64,000 bases of DNA from Patescibacteria group bacterium (GCA_035290185.1 DATDUW010000022.1:1579-65578); one strand, 5' to 3'; positions 46,117-56,258 are shown, counted from the stretch's first letter. Numbers and translations are program-made. Notes: generated by a model not told the origin, from the sequence alone.

Positions 46117-48195
46117 ATGCCTTCATCTTGGAAACGTCAGAAACGCCTTTCGGCCCACCGGGCCGCTCAGAGCTCTGTTGCGGGGAAACGATGGAAGACG
46201 TCGGTCTTGGCTGCTTTTTTTCTCGTTGCAACGGTCGGTTTGGCCGTTTTGAATTTTCCCAGTTCGTGGAATCGAGGCCTCGCCTCTGCCGGTTCTCTCG
46301 TCGGTCGTGACCTTTCGTTCGTAAATCTGTCCGAAAACCCTTTTCGTCTCGGTTTGGATCTGCAGGGAGGCACCCATCTGGTCTATGAAGCGGACATGGC
46401 CCAAATTCCTTCCGAAGATCGCGAGAATGCTCTTCAGGGCGCACGCGACGTGATTGAACGACGTGTGAATGCCTTTGGGGTGGCTGAACCGGTTGTCCAG
46501 ACAACATCCGCTGGAGGTTCCTATCGCGTTTTTGTGGAATTGGCGGGTGTTTTGGACGTGAAAGAAGCTATTAAACAGATCGGAGAAACGCCGATTTTGG
46601 AATTTAAGGAAGAGGGGCAACAGCTGGACCGTGCACCAACGGAAGAGGAAACAGCCGAGCTGGCGCGGCGGCAAAACGAAGATCGTGGGCGTGCCCAAGA
46701 GGTGTTTGTCAATGTACAGGCAGGCACAGATCCTGGCACGGCTCCGGATGGAAAACCGTACACCTGGCAAAGCGTGAAGAGTGCGACTCTCTCCCTTGTG
46801 GCTTACGCCCCGATTCTCAAAGCTATCGAGGATGCCAGCACTCCTGCCGGAAGTCTTGTCACGTCTGTGATCGAGACGCCGGAAGGGTTGAACATCGTTC
46901 GATTCGTAAAAAAAGATCCGGCCAAAGAGCTGCTCCTCTCCCATCTCCTCATTTGTTTTGAAGGAAAGATGGCTTGTACGAATCCGATTCCGTCTTTGGA
47001 GGCGGCAACGAAAATTCGCGATCTCCGTGCGCAGGCGACTCCAGAAAATTTTGCCGTGCTTGCGGATCAGAACTCAACAGACAGGACCACACCGGGCGGT
47101 GACCTCGGATGGTTGTCTCCTGGGCAGACCATTCCTGCCTTTGAATCCGCTGCTTCTGCCCTTTCCGTCGGGAATATTTCCGACGTTGTTGAAACAGATT
47201 TCGGCTATCATCTCATTTTCAAACGGGAAGAGCGCCCGGTGACCGTTTATGCTTTTGAGCGGATCCTCCTTCCCCTTACATCGATAACGGATATCGTTCC
47301 ACCTGCTTCGCCTTGGAAGAATACAGAGCTTTCGGGAAAGCAGCTGAAGCGCGCGACCGTCCAATTCGACCAGCAAACAGGGACACCGATGGTTTCCTTG
47401 CAATTCAACGATGAGGGTTCAAAGCTGTTTGGAGAGCTGACAGCCAAAAATGTTGGGAAACCCGTTGCTATTTTTTTGGACGGAGCGCCGATCTCGACGC
47501 CGGTGGTCAATGAAGCCATTTATGGCGGGAGTGCGGTCATTACGGGAGATTTTACCATTGAAGAGGCTAAAACACTGGCACAACGCCTGAATGCCGGAGC
47601 TTTGCCGGTTCCCGTTCAACTTCTTTCCCAAGAGACTGTCGGTCCAACGCTTGGCCTTGCTTCCCTGACTAAGAGTGTTCAAGCGGCTTTGATCGGATTT
47701 TTGTTGGTGTCGCTGTTTATGATTGTGGTCTATCGATTGCCTGGCGTTTTGGCAACTCTGGCTCTTGTTTTCTATGCCATGTTGAACCTGTTTATCTATC
47801 GGTTGTTCGGTGTGACCGTGACTCTGGCTGGCGTTGCCGGGCTTGTGCTTTCACTGGGGATTGCTGTGGATGCTAACGTCCTTATCTTTGAACGGTTTAA
47901 GGATGAGTTTCGATCCGGTCGTGACCTTGCCTCTTCTTTGGAAGAAGGGTTCAGGCGTGCCTGGCCGCCTATCCGCGACGGGCATGCGACAACGCTTATC
48001 AGCGCTCTGGTTCTATTCTCTTTCAGTTCGAGTTTTGTCAAAGGGTTTGCCTTAACGTTGGCCATCGGCGTTTTGCTCAGCCTTTTTACAGCCATTGTCG
48101 TCGTCCGTGCCTATTTGAGGACGATTCGGGGATGGCGGTGGTTTAAGGCCCCGTGGTTTTACCGCACGGGTCGGTCGTCTGTTTCTGAACGCTAG
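46117..48195 (+). CDS. secD: Protein translocase subunit SecD with an inserted PpiC/parvulin-type PPIase domain
   Basis: SecD GLDLQGGTHL motif, P1-head region and six C-terminal TM helices. An embedded parvulin signature (DLGWLSPGQTIPAFESAASALSVGNISDVVETDFGYHLIFK) sits between them. Confidence 0.85.
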   Translation: MPSSWKRQKRLSAHRAAQSSVAGKRWKTSVLAAFFLVATVGLAVLNFPSSWNRGLASAGSLVGRDLSFVNLSENPFRLGLDLQGGTHLVYEADMAQIPSEDRENALQGARDVIERRVNAFGVAEPVVQTTSAGGSYRVFVELAGVLDVKEAIKQIGETPILEFKEEGQQLDRAPTEEETAELARRQNEDRGRAQEVFVNVQAGTDPGTAPDGKPYTWQSVKSATLSLVAYAPILKAIEDASTPAGSLVTSVIETPEGLNIVRFVKKDPAKELLLSHLLICFEGKMACTNPIPSLEAATKIRDLRAQATPENFAVLADQNSTDRTTPGGDLGWLSPGQTIPAFESAASALSVGNISDVVETDFGYHLIFKREERPVTVYAFERILLPLTSITDIVPPASPWKNTELSGKQLKRATVQFDQQTGTPMVSLQFNDEGSKLFGELTAKNVGKPVAIFLDGAPISTPVVNEAIYGGSAVITGDFTIEEAKTLAQRLNAGALPVPVQLLSQETVGPTLGLASLTKSVQAALIGFLLVSLFMIVVYRLPGVLATLALVFYAMLNLFIYRLFGVTVTLAGVAGLVLSLGIAVDANVLIFERFKDEFRSGRDLASSLEEGFRRAWPPIRDGHATTLISALVLFSFSSSFVKGFALTLAIGVLLSLFTAIVVVRAYLRTIRGWRWFKAPWFYRTGRSSVSER

Positions 48196-48200
48196 TTTTT

Positions 48201-49118
48201 ATGTCTGTTATTTCTTCCTTTCCTTTTGTCCGTCTGCGCCGCGTTTGGTTTGCCTTTTCCGCGATGCTGATTCTGGCGAGCCTTGTGGTTCTCGCGGTTT
48301 TTGGTCTTCGCTTCAGCATTGATTTTACCGGAGGGAGTTTGCTTGAGGTCCGTTTTTCCGACGAGGTTCCCTCAACACAGGAGATCGGCACGCGAGCTTC
48401 CGAAGCTGGCTATGCTGCAGCCACCGTTCAAACGGCAGGAGTTGGAAAAGCGATTCTCCGCCTTCCAACGCTTTCGGAAGAGCAACACCAGGCCCTTCTC
48501 GGATCCCTTCAGCAGGCCTATTCCGGTCTGACGGAAGAACGGTTTGATTCCATTGGGCCTGCTATTAGCGGAGAGCTGCGCCGAAGCGCCTTTATCGGCG
48601 TCGGTGTTACCCTTTTCTTGATCGGTTCCTATATCGCTTGGGCGTTTCGGAAAGTTTCCGAGCCGGTTAAATCATGGAAATACGGGATACTGACGGTTTT
48701 GTGTGCTCTCCACGATGTGGTGGTTCCCCTCGGGGCGTTTGCACTCTTGGGAGCCTTTTTCCATTGGGAAGTGGGAACAGCCTTCATTGCTGCCCTTTTG
48801 ACGATTCTTGGTTATTCGATCAGCGATACGGTCGTGGTTTTTGACCGGACGCGGGAAAATCTGCTGCATCATCCGGAAGGGACGTTTGGGGACGTGGTGG
48901 AACGCAGTATCCGTCAGACGTTCGTCCGCTCCCTTAATACGAGTCTTACGACCTTGTTAGCCCTGGCGGCCATTGCCGTGTGGGGAGGAGAAAGTACCCG
49001 TCCGTTTGCCGTGGCCTTGGGTATCGGCATTCTGATCGGGACTTATTCGTCCATTTTTATCGCGAGCCCCTTGCTCGTCTCTTGGGAAGAATGGCGGAGG
49101 AAGCGAAGGGTGGCTTGA
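48201..49118 (+). CDS. secF: Protein translocase subunit SecF
   Basis: N-terminal TM plus periplasmic domain and five C-terminal TM helices with the conserved SecF LD...GYS...D motif; directly downstream of secD. Confidence 0.85.
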   Translation: MSVISSFPFVRLRRVWFAFSAMLILASLVVLAVFGLRFSIDFTGGSLLEVRFSDEVPSTQEIGTRASEAGYAAATVQTAGVGKAILRLPTLSEEQHQALLGSLQQAYSGLTEERFDSIGPAISGELRRSAFIGVGVTLFLIGSYIAWAFRKVSEPVKSWKYGILTVLCALHDVVVPLGAFALLGAFFHWEVGTAFIAALLTILGYSISDTVVVFDRTRENLLHHPEGTFGDVVERSIRQTFVRSLNTSLTTLLALAAIAVWGGESTRPFAVALGIGILIGTYSSIFIASPLLVSWEEWRRKRRVA

Positions 49119-49201
49119 GGAGGGCTCTTCTTTTCAGAAGGAGAAAAGTGATCGTAGGACGGTCGCTTTTTTCTTTTTCTGTGCTATACTTTTTTCAGTC
49201 T

Positions 49202-50902
49202 ATGTTCGACATTTTGTTTTCGATTCCCGATCATTTTTCGTTTGAGGAATTTTTCCGTCAGCCGATCGATGTCATTGTTTTTCAACTGATCCTTTTTTTT
49301 GGTTGGATTCCGTTCGTAGGTCTGCTTGTTTGGGGTTATCTTCAAACGTACCTTCAGTTTAAGCAGGAAAAATACGTGAAGGGGTTAAAGAATATCATGC
49401 TGGCTATTGATGTTCCGCGCATGACCGAACAAAGCCCCAAGGCCATGGAGAACATGTTTGCGACCTTGCAGGGCGCATTTTCTACGCCGACCTGGAAGGA
49501 GAAGTGGATCCTGGGAAAGATGCCGGCGAAATTCAGTTTTGAGATCGTTTCACGGGACGGTTATACGCAGTTTTATGTCCGTTGCGAAACCAAGTACCGC
49601 GATCTCATTGAGGCTGGGATTTACGCCCAGTACCCGGATGCCCAAATTATGGAAGCAGAAGACTACGTGACAGATGTCCCTTCGGAGTTTCCCGATAATG
49701 AATGGAATTTGTGGGGAACGGAACTCACTCTGGCAAAGGACGAGTTTATGCCCATCCGGACCTGGCCCTTGTTTGAGCACCCTCTGACCCAGGAACTCAA
49801 GGATCCGCTGGCTATTATTTTGGAACAGATGGGACGTATGCGTCCAGGAGAGGTTTTTTGGTTTCAGATCCTTTGCGTTCCGTTCAGTCAGGAATGGAGG
49901 GAGGCCGGAATTAAGTATATCAGCAAGATTTACGGAATTAAGGAAACCGTAAAAAAATCCAAATGGGAAGAGGCCTTAGCCTCTACGCTCTGGCTTCCAC
50001 ACCAGGTTTTGGAAGAGACCACCGGAGCGAATTTGCTCGGATTGCTGGGGGTGAATTCCGGCGACCAAGCCAAGCCAAAAGACGAAGACATGTGGAAAGC
50101 CTTTAAAATTACGCTTCAGGAAAAGACTCAAGTGGAGGGGATTGCGAATAAGGTTTCCAAACTGGGATTCAAAACGAAGATTCGCATGGTCTATGCGGCC
50201 AAAAAGTCGGTTTACAGTAAGGGAACCCGCGTGCCCTTTGTCAAAGGCATGCTTTTGCAATTTTCCCACCAGGATTTGAATTCCTTTAAGATGGTGGGTT
50301 CTCAAATGCCAAAGGACGATTATTTTTGGCAGGCATGGTCTTATGGAAAGAGACAGACAAAATTGGTCAAAGCCTACAAGAGGCGTCTCTTGACCGTTGG
50401 TTCCACCCCAAAGATTTTGAACATTGAAGAGCTGGCTACTCTTTTTCACTTCCCGTCTATTACCGTTAAAGCCCCGCTTATTAAGAAGACCGAGGCACGT
50501 CGCGCTGAGCCTCCGGTCGGGCTTCCCGTGGCTTTCGGGGATGAAAAAGATCTTTTTTCGTCTTTTCCTCCGAAAGTTTCTGAACCAGTGTTTGTGCCTT
50601 CCTTGCCGGTAGAACCGCCTTTAGAACCAGAAATCCGTTTGCCTGGGCCGGCGGTCTCACCGCCCATCCGCCGGGTTGATCCCTCGCCCGCGCCAGTCAA
50701 AGAATCTTCTTTTTCCGTTTCTCTTCCTCCGGTTCCAGATCGGAAGAGCACGATTCCGGATGCCATTCGAGTCTTGATTGAGCCGGGAGTGGAATTTGAG
50801 GATGTCATGCGAGCAAGATTAACGGACCAGACAGGAGGAAAAGCATCGAAAACGGACGTGGAAGACGAAGGAGGAAAACCGCCTGAAAATTTGCCCGTGT
50901 AA
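49202..50902 (+). CDS. Membrane-anchored hypothetical protein with Pro-rich C-terminal tail (first gene of the ATPase/Cys-rich cluster)
   Basis: ORF 48980-50902 overlaps secF. The Met at 49202 gives a single N-terminal TM (VIVFQLILFFGWIPFVGLLVWGYL), then ~400 aa of unknown fold, then PxxP-rich tail. Confidence 0.55.
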   Translation: MFDILFSIPDHFSFEEFFRQPIDVIVFQLILFFGWIPFVGLLVWGYLQTYLQFKQEKYVKGLKNIMLAIDVPRMTEQSPKAMENMFATLQGAFSTPTWKEKWILGKMPAKFSFEIVSRDGYTQFYVRCETKYRDLIEAGIYAQYPDAQIMEAEDYVTDVPSEFPDNEWNLWGTELTLAKDEFMPIRTWPLFEHPLTQELKDPLAIILEQMGRMRPGEVFWFQILCVPFSQEWREAGIKYISKIYGIKETVKKSKWEEALASTLWLPHQVLEETTGANLLGLLGVNSGDQAKPKDEDMWKAFKITLQEKTQVEGIANKVSKLGFKTKIRMVYAAKKSVYSKGTRVPFVKGMLLQFSHQDLNSFKMVGSQMPKDDYFWQAWSYGKRQTKLVKAYKRRLLTVGSTPKILNIEELATLFHFPSITVKAPLIKKTEARRAEPPVGLPVAFGDEKDLFSSFPPKVSEPVFVPSLPVEPPLEPEIRLPGPAVSPPIRRVDPSPAPVKESSFSVSLPPVPDRKSTIPDAIRVLIEPGVEFEDVMRARLTDQTGGKASKTDVEDEGGKPPENLPV

Positions 50903-50904
50903 TT

Positions 50905-53016
50905 ATGCCTGCTTACGAAGATCACGATCATGAGAAGGACGTCATCTATTTTGCCGCGACGAATTATCGCAATCAGATGCGGAAATTTGGCATTCGCACG
51001 GATGATCGGCGTCGACACATGTATGTGATCGGGAAGACAGGCATGGGAAAGACGACGCTCCTCGAGAACATGATCTTGGCGGATATTTATAAGGGCCATG
51101 GATGTGCTTACGTTGATCCCCACGGGGACACGGCTGAAAAGATCATTGATTTTATTCCGGAATGGAGACAGAAAGACGTTGTCTATTTCAATCCGTCCGA
51201 TTTTGAATATCCGATGGGTTTTAATATTCTCGAGTCGTATGACCCCAACACCCGGCACGTTATTGCCGCCGGACTCATGGGGGTATTTAAAAAGATCTGG
51301 CCGGATGTGTGGAGCGCTCGCATGGAGTACATCCTCAACAATTCGATTTTGACGCTTTTGGAAAATCCAGGCAATACGCTTTTGGGGATCAATCGTCTGC
51401 TGGTTGATCGAGATTTTCGGGTAAAAATGGTTGGAAAGGTGAAGGATCCAGTGGTGAAATCCTTTTGGATCACGGAGTTTGAACAATGGGAGCCAAAGTT
51501 TCGCACCGAGGCTATTGCCCCGATTCAGAACAAGGTCGGACAGTTTCTTGCAACATCCCTTGTGAGAAACGTTGTTGCCCAGGTCACGTCGACCATTGTG
51601 CCGCGCAAGTTCATGGACGAGAGCAAAATTTTTATTGTCAATCTTTCTAAGGGACGGATCGGAGAAGATGCCATGAAACTTTTGGGTGGAATGCTCATTA
51701 CGAAAATGCAACTTTCCGCCATGGAACGCGTAGACATCCCCGAGAAGGAACGGCGAGACTTCTATCTCTATATCGATGAGTTTCAAAATTTTGCCACAGA
51801 GAGTTTTGCTTCCATTCTTTCTGAGGCTCGCAAATATCGGCTGGCTTTGATCATGGCCCATCAATACATTGAACAGTTGACCGAAGAAGTCCGTGATGCT
51901 GTGTTCGGAAACGTCGGGTCTCTCCTTACTTTTCGTGTTGGTTCTCCGGATGCGCTCTTTTTGGAAAATGAGTTCATGCCCACGTTTACGCATGAGGACT
52001 TGGTCAACCTGGCCAAATATGAAATTTACCTGCGGCTCATGATTAATGGGGTTGCCTCTGAGGCCTTCTCGGCCCTAACGTTGCCTCCGATTGCCCAAAC
52101 AACGCATTCAACGGATTCGGTGATTGCAAGTTCGCGCGACCAATTCGCCAGGCGTCGATCCGACGTGGAAGCGGCGATTCTTCAATGGAGCGAGATGAAC
52201 CCCGAAGAGACGGGAGCAGAGGAAGTGGAAAAGCTTTTCGATGAGGCCGATGCCAAGCGCAAGGCTGCAAAAAAGTTTGGCAACCGGCCCGTGTTCGAAT
52301 ATGACTGTTCGCGCTGTGGCAAACACATGGTTTTGCCCGTAGAGTTGGATAAGAGCCGGCCGATCTACTGCGAAACGTGTATTGAGGCTGTGCGAGAGGA
52401 TCGCCGTCAAGGGAAAAAGCCGGAAGGAGCCGTTGGCTCCGCATCCTCCCCGAGTCCAGTCCCAACCCCCCAGACCGTTGTCAGCCCCGAGACGCCGCCG
52501 TTGGTTCCGCCGCCTCCGCCTCCTCCGACGGCCCCTGCTCCAGCAGTGAAGCCTTTGTCCGCTCCCAAGGCGCCTTCGTTACAAGCTGGGACATTCGTTG
52601 TAAAAAAAACAGAAGGAGAAATCAGTCTTGCCTCCCTTCAGGAAAAGACAAAGACCCTGCCTGAGCCGTTGCCACCGCAACCTATTCCTTTAGAACTTCC
52701 GAAAACCGGAATGGATTTTCTCTCTTCTCAAAAAGCAAAGATTCCCCCTGTTTCTCCTCTGCCTGCTGCTGCGGCTGATCCTCTTTCTTCTTCGCAAAAA
52801 CGGAAACGGCGGCATAAGCATTCCTCCTCCATCTCTTCGGCTTCTCCCCCTCCTCCATCCCCCCCGCTAGGATGGAAAAATGACCCGGCCCCCCGGCGAC
52901 CCGGCCCGGCAAACCCCGTCTCCGGACCCCGTGTTTCCCCGCCCACGCCGGCATCTTCTGCCCCTGTCAAACCCCCTCCATCGCGTCCAGATCCCGGTGA
53001 AATTTTTCCCTGGTAG
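50905..53016 (+). CDS. TraD/VirD4-like (type IV coupling protein family) P-loop ATPase without TM anchor, with C-terminal zinc ribbon and proline-rich tail
   Basis: Walker A GKTGMGKTT, Walker B YLYIDEFQNF, arginine-finger region ARKYRLALIMAHQ. C-x2-C...C-x2-C ribbon, then a ~200-aa Pro-rich low-complexity tail. Confidence 0.75.
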   Translation: MPAYEDHDHEKDVIYFAATNYRNQMRKFGIRTDDRRRHMYVIGKTGMGKTTLLENMILADIYKGHGCAYVDPHGDTAEKIIDFIPEWRQKDVVYFNPSDFEYPMGFNILESYDPNTRHVIAAGLMGVFKKIWPDVWSARMEYILNNSILTLLENPGNTLLGINRLLVDRDFRVKMVGKVKDPVVKSFWITEFEQWEPKFRTEAIAPIQNKVGQFLATSLVRNVVAQVTSTIVPRKFMDESKIFIVNLSKGRIGEDAMKLLGGMLITKMQLSAMERVDIPEKERRDFYLYIDEFQNFATESFASILSEARKYRLALIMAHQYIEQLTEEVRDAVFGNVGSLLTFRVGSPDALFLENEFMPTFTHEDLVNLAKYEIYLRLMINGVASEAFSALTLPPIAQTTHSTDSVIASSRDQFARRRSDVEAAILQWSEMNPEETGAEEVEKLFDEADAKRKAAKKFGNRPVFEYDCSRCGKHMVLPVELDKSRPIYCETCIEAVREDRRQGKKPEGAVGSASSPSPVPTPQTVVSPETPPLVPPPPPPPTAPAPAVKPLSAPKAPSLQAGTFVVKKTEGEISLASLQEKTKTLPEPLPPQPIPLELPKTGMDFLSSQKAKIPPVSPLPAAAADPLSSSQKRKRRHKHSSSISSASPPPPSPPLGWKNDPAPRRPGPANPVSGPRVSPPTPASSAPVKPPPSRPDPGEIFPW

Positions 53017-53022
53017 CCTTTT

Positions 53023-54444
53023 TTGACTCCTATGCCCCCTGAAATTCAGGAAAATCTCGTCGCACGCCGTCACGAACCGCCGGCTGCGCTTCCCACCAAA
53101 GATAATACGCCTGTTGAAGAAATTTCGTTGTTCGGAAGAACGAATTTTAGTTCCGGCTATGTGGTGAAACGTCAAATTTTTGGTCTGAAACGACAGGATC
53201 GCATGCGGCACCTGTACGTGATCGGAAAAAGCGGGGTCGGAAAAACGAAATTGCTTGAGCAACTCATCCGCGCGGACGCGTTTTTTGGTCACGGCGTTTG
53301 CGTGATCGATCCGCACGGCGATCTGGTTCAGAACATCCTTGATTTCATTCCAGAACACCGCCTGGAGGACGTGATGATCATCAATCCGGGGGACCGCGAA
53401 TTTCCCATTGCCTTCAATCCGATTGCCAACGTGACCGAAGACGACCGCTTTCCCGTGACCAACGAGCTCATCGAAATTTTTAAAAAACAGTTCGGGTCTG
53501 ATTGGAATCCGCGCATTGAACATCTGCTAAGGTTTACAACCCTGGCCATGATCGATTTTCCGGGTGGAACCATTAACGGCATGGTGTCCCTCCTTTCCAG
53601 TGGTCGTTTCCGCAGCCGGGTGATCGAACACGTTAAGGATAGTGTCGTGCGCCGTTTTTGGGCCATTGAGTTTCCGGAGTGGTCGCAGCGCTACGATGCC
53701 GAGGCTGTGAGTCCCCTCTTGAATAAGTTGGGCCAGCTTTTGGCTGATCCCCTCATGCGCCGTATTTTTGGACAGCAGCAGAACCGGGTGGATTTCTTTG
53801 ATCTCATGCAGCAGCGCCGGATCGTCCTGGTCAATTTGGCCAAGGGACTTTTGGGGGATGATGTCAGTTCTTTTTTCGGGGCCCTGGTTATTACCAAACT
53901 CAAGCAGTCAGCCATGAAACGCGTGACGCTCCCCCCTCATCTGCGTCTGCCGTTCTACCTCTACGTCGATGAGTTTCAAAATATCGCCACCAAGACGTTT
54001 GAAAACCTGTTGGCCGAGGCACGCAAGTTCGGCATCGCCATTACGGTAGCAAACCAAAATCTTTCACAACTCGACTATTCGTTGAAGGCTTCGTTGTTCG
54101 GGAATGTCGGATCCATCATTACGTTCCAGGTGGGGGCGGATGATGCAAAAATACTTCAGGATGAGCTGGCGCCGATTTTTGAATTTCGGGATATTATCAA
54201 TCTGGGCGAGCGGGAGATTTACGTGAAGATGACGATTGAGGGAAAACGCTATGATCCGTTTTCCGCCGAGGTACTCGCCGTGAATGATTCCAAACACCCG
54301 TCCTATTTTGAACAGATTCTCCATCGGTCTCGAGAACGCTGCGCCATGCCGCGCGCAAGCGTAGAGGCTGCGCTGGCCCAGGAAGAACAGGAATCCAACG
54401 GTTTTCCGTCCGCACCGGTTTCTCAGGACGAGATTATTGTTTGA
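53023..54444 (+). CDS. Second TraD/VirD4-like P-loop ATPase (paralog of 50905 gene, no ribbon or tail)
   Basis: Walker A GKSGVGKTK, Walker B YLYVDEFQNI, ARKFGIAITVANQ; collinear with the core of the upstream ATPase. Confidence 0.75.
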   Translation: MTPMPPEIQENLVARRHEPPAALPTKDNTPVEEISLFGRTNFSSGYVVKRQIFGLKRQDRMRHLYVIGKSGVGKTKLLEQLIRADAFFGHGVCVIDPHGDLVQNILDFIPEHRLEDVMIINPGDREFPIAFNPIANVTEDDRFPVTNELIEIFKKQFGSDWNPRIEHLLRFTTLAMIDFPGGTINGMVSLLSSGRFRSRVIEHVKDSVVRRFWAIEFPEWSQRYDAEAVSPLLNKLGQLLADPLMRRIFGQQQNRVDFFDLMQQRRIVLVNLAKGLLGDDVSSFFGALVITKLKQSAMKRVTLPPHLRLPFYLYVDEFQNIATKTFENLLAEARKFGIAITVANQNLSQLDYSLKASLFGNVGSIITFQVGADDAKILQDELAPIFEFRDIINLGEREIYVKMTIEGKRYDPFSAEVLAVNDSKHPSYFEQILHRSRERCAMPRASVEAALAQEEQESNGFPSAPVSQDEIIV

Positions 54445-54482
54445 TTTGATGAAAAGAAAAAATAGAATTGTGATTGTGGCCT

Positions 54483-56222
54483 ATGTCCCAAACGCCGAAC
54501 TACGACACTAAAGTGAAAGTGATTCTCGACGCCACGATTCCCGGCGAGCGGACATGCGAACTCACGGGAGAGAAGTGGAACATGACCGACGAGGAAATCG
54601 GTTGGTATCGCAAGTTCAACGTGCCGCCGTCGCGACGGAGCCCATTGACCCGCTGGTGGACCTTAACGGGCTTTTGGTTGGCCTATCAGTGGTGGTGGAA
54701 CAAACACGCGGAAACCGGCAAACCCATCTTTACTTACGTCCATCCGGCAACCGGACTAAAAGTTCTTCCGGATAAGGAATGGTTTGAGAAGGATTTTTCT
54801 TCCACGAATCGGCATTACGACGCGAACCGGTCTTTTTTCCAGCAACTTCGGGAAATTCAACTTCAAATTCCCCTCCAAGCTTCCCAGAACACCAAAGAAC
54901 CGGAACAGAGCATCTCCCTTTTTTCCTTCGGCGACGTAAACAGCTATTTCGTAACGTTCTGTCGGTCGCGCGACACGTTCTATTCCATTTGGGGACTGGA
55001 CGTCGAAGATTCCGCTGAAATTTGGAATTCGAGCTCAATCTCCCGCTGCTATCACGTTTTTGATTCGCACCGGATGCATTTCTGTCAGTTCGCGCAGGCT
55101 TGTTTGGACTGTTCAAATAGCGCATTCCTATTTGATTGCAGGAATTGCGAATACTGCTTTGGGGCCGCGAACAAGCGCAATCGCAAGTATCTTTGGTTCA
55201 ATGAACAGCTTTCAAAAGAAGAATGGGAGGCCAGAAGAAAGGAAGTGGATTTTGGAAAGCGGTCGGTTTTGGAGAAATGGAAGAAGGCGTTTGAAGGCCT
55301 GATGAAAACCCACGCCGTCTGGCCGGAAAATTTTAATGAAAAGGCCCAGGAGAGCGTGGGGGAATATCTCACGAACGTGCATCGGATCCGATTCGGCTAC
55401 GCGTGCATGCATGGGCCTCACGATTGCTATCAGGTGATCGGTTGCAACGGAGATACGTATGATTGCGCCATCGGCGGATGTTTTGATTCCAACAATTGCT
55501 ATTACACCACCAATGCCACTTCCTGCTCTTTCATTCGGTTTTCTTATAACTGCTCCCGTTCCCTGGATCTGGAATACTGCCTTTACTGCTACGATTGCGA
55601 ATCGTGCTTCGGATGCGTTGGAATACGGCGGAAGAAATTCCATATTTTCAATAAGCCGTACGGGGAAGAAGAGTACTGGCGGAAAGTAGACGAGCTGAAA
55701 TCTTCTATGCTCGAACGCGGGGAGTACGGGGAATTCTTTCCCCTTTCCATGTCCCCAAGCTGCTTTGAGGCGTCCGGAGCTACCATGTACGTTGGCGCCC
55801 CTAGAGAGATCGGGCAAGAAAAATTGGGAGCCATGGATTTTGATTCGGATGAAGAGGGAGCGTTCGGCGAAGAGATCCGTCGTGCCGAACCAAAAACCAT
55901 TGAAGAGATTCCAGATTCTGTTGATGATCTGGCGGCGGAGACGTGGGCCAACGTTCCAATCTATGATCCCGAGCTGCGCAGGCGTTTCGTCTATCTCAGA
56001 CCGGAGATTGAATTCTATCATCGTCACCGGATCGGTCCTCCGCGCCGTCATTTCATTCTCCGGACGCAAGAGCTGCATCTTGCCTCCAACAGCGGGCGGT
56101 TTGAACAAACGACGTGCGGAAACTGCGGAAAAGGACTGCTGACGGCGACGAATCTTACTTATTCGGATCGGAACGTCTTCTGTCGGGAATGCTATCTCAA
56201 TTATCTCGAACGGTGTGGTTAG
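54483..56222 (+). CDS. Cys-rich ~580-aa protein, paralog A of a tandem family
   Basis: Conserved N-terminal module (TPNYDTKVKVILDATIPGERTCELTGEKWNMTDEEIGWYRKFNVPPS), two internal C-x2-C-x2-C-F-G-C ... F-N-x-x-Y-x-EEEYW repeats, and C-terminal zinc ribbon (CGNCGKG...FCRECY). Confidence 0.8.
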   Translation: MSQTPNYDTKVKVILDATIPGERTCELTGEKWNMTDEEIGWYRKFNVPPSRRSPLTRWWTLTGFWLAYQWWWNKHAETGKPIFTYVHPATGLKVLPDKEWFEKDFSSTNRHYDANRSFFQQLREIQLQIPLQASQNTKEPEQSISLFSFGDVNSYFVTFCRSRDTFYSIWGLDVEDSAEIWNSSSISRCYHVFDSHRMHFCQFAQACLDCSNSAFLFDCRNCEYCFGAANKRNRKYLWFNEQLSKEEWEARRKEVDFGKRSVLEKWKKAFEGLMKTHAVWPENFNEKAQESVGEYLTNVHRIRFGYACMHGPHDCYQVIGCNGDTYDCAIGGCFDSNNCYYTTNATSCSFIRFSYNCSRSLDLEYCLYCYDCESCFGCVGIRRKKFHIFNKPYGEEEYWRKVDELKSSMLERGEYGEFFPLSMSPSCFEASGATMYVGAPREIGQEKLGAMDFDSDEEGAFGEEIRRAEPKTIEEIPDSVDDLAAETWANVPIYDPELRRRFVYLRPEIEFYHRHRIGPPRRHFILRTQELHLASNSGRFEQTTCGNCGKGLLTATNLTYSDRNVFCRECYLNYLERCG

Positions 56223-56230
56223 AAAACCAA

Positions 56231-56258
56231 AAACCCCGTTTACACGGGGTTTGGTTGT
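56231..56258 (+). terminator. Hairpin with short T-tract after paralog A
   Basis: AAACCCCGT-ttaca-CGGGGTTT followed by GGTTGTCT. Weak U-tract. Confidence 0.45.

Noticed and set aside
48980-49201. N-terminal extension of the 49202 gene reaching back into secF (ORF 48980-50902)
   Set aside because: The extension overlaps the last 140 nt of secF in another frame. The Met at 49202 directly precedes the predicted TM helix and lies just after the secF stop.
50446-51993. 515-aa minus-strand ORF antisense to the first T4CP-like ATPase
   Set aside because: The ATPase on the + strand has intact Walker A/B motifs across this region. The antisense translation is low-complexity with no motifs.
55212-56108. 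298-aa minus-strand ORF antisense to Cys-rich paralog A, and similar antisense ORFs in paralogs B-D (57509-57982, 58936-59520, 61472-62083)
   Set aside because: The sense-strand family architecture is conserved across five paralogs; the antisense ORFs are not conserved between paralogs.
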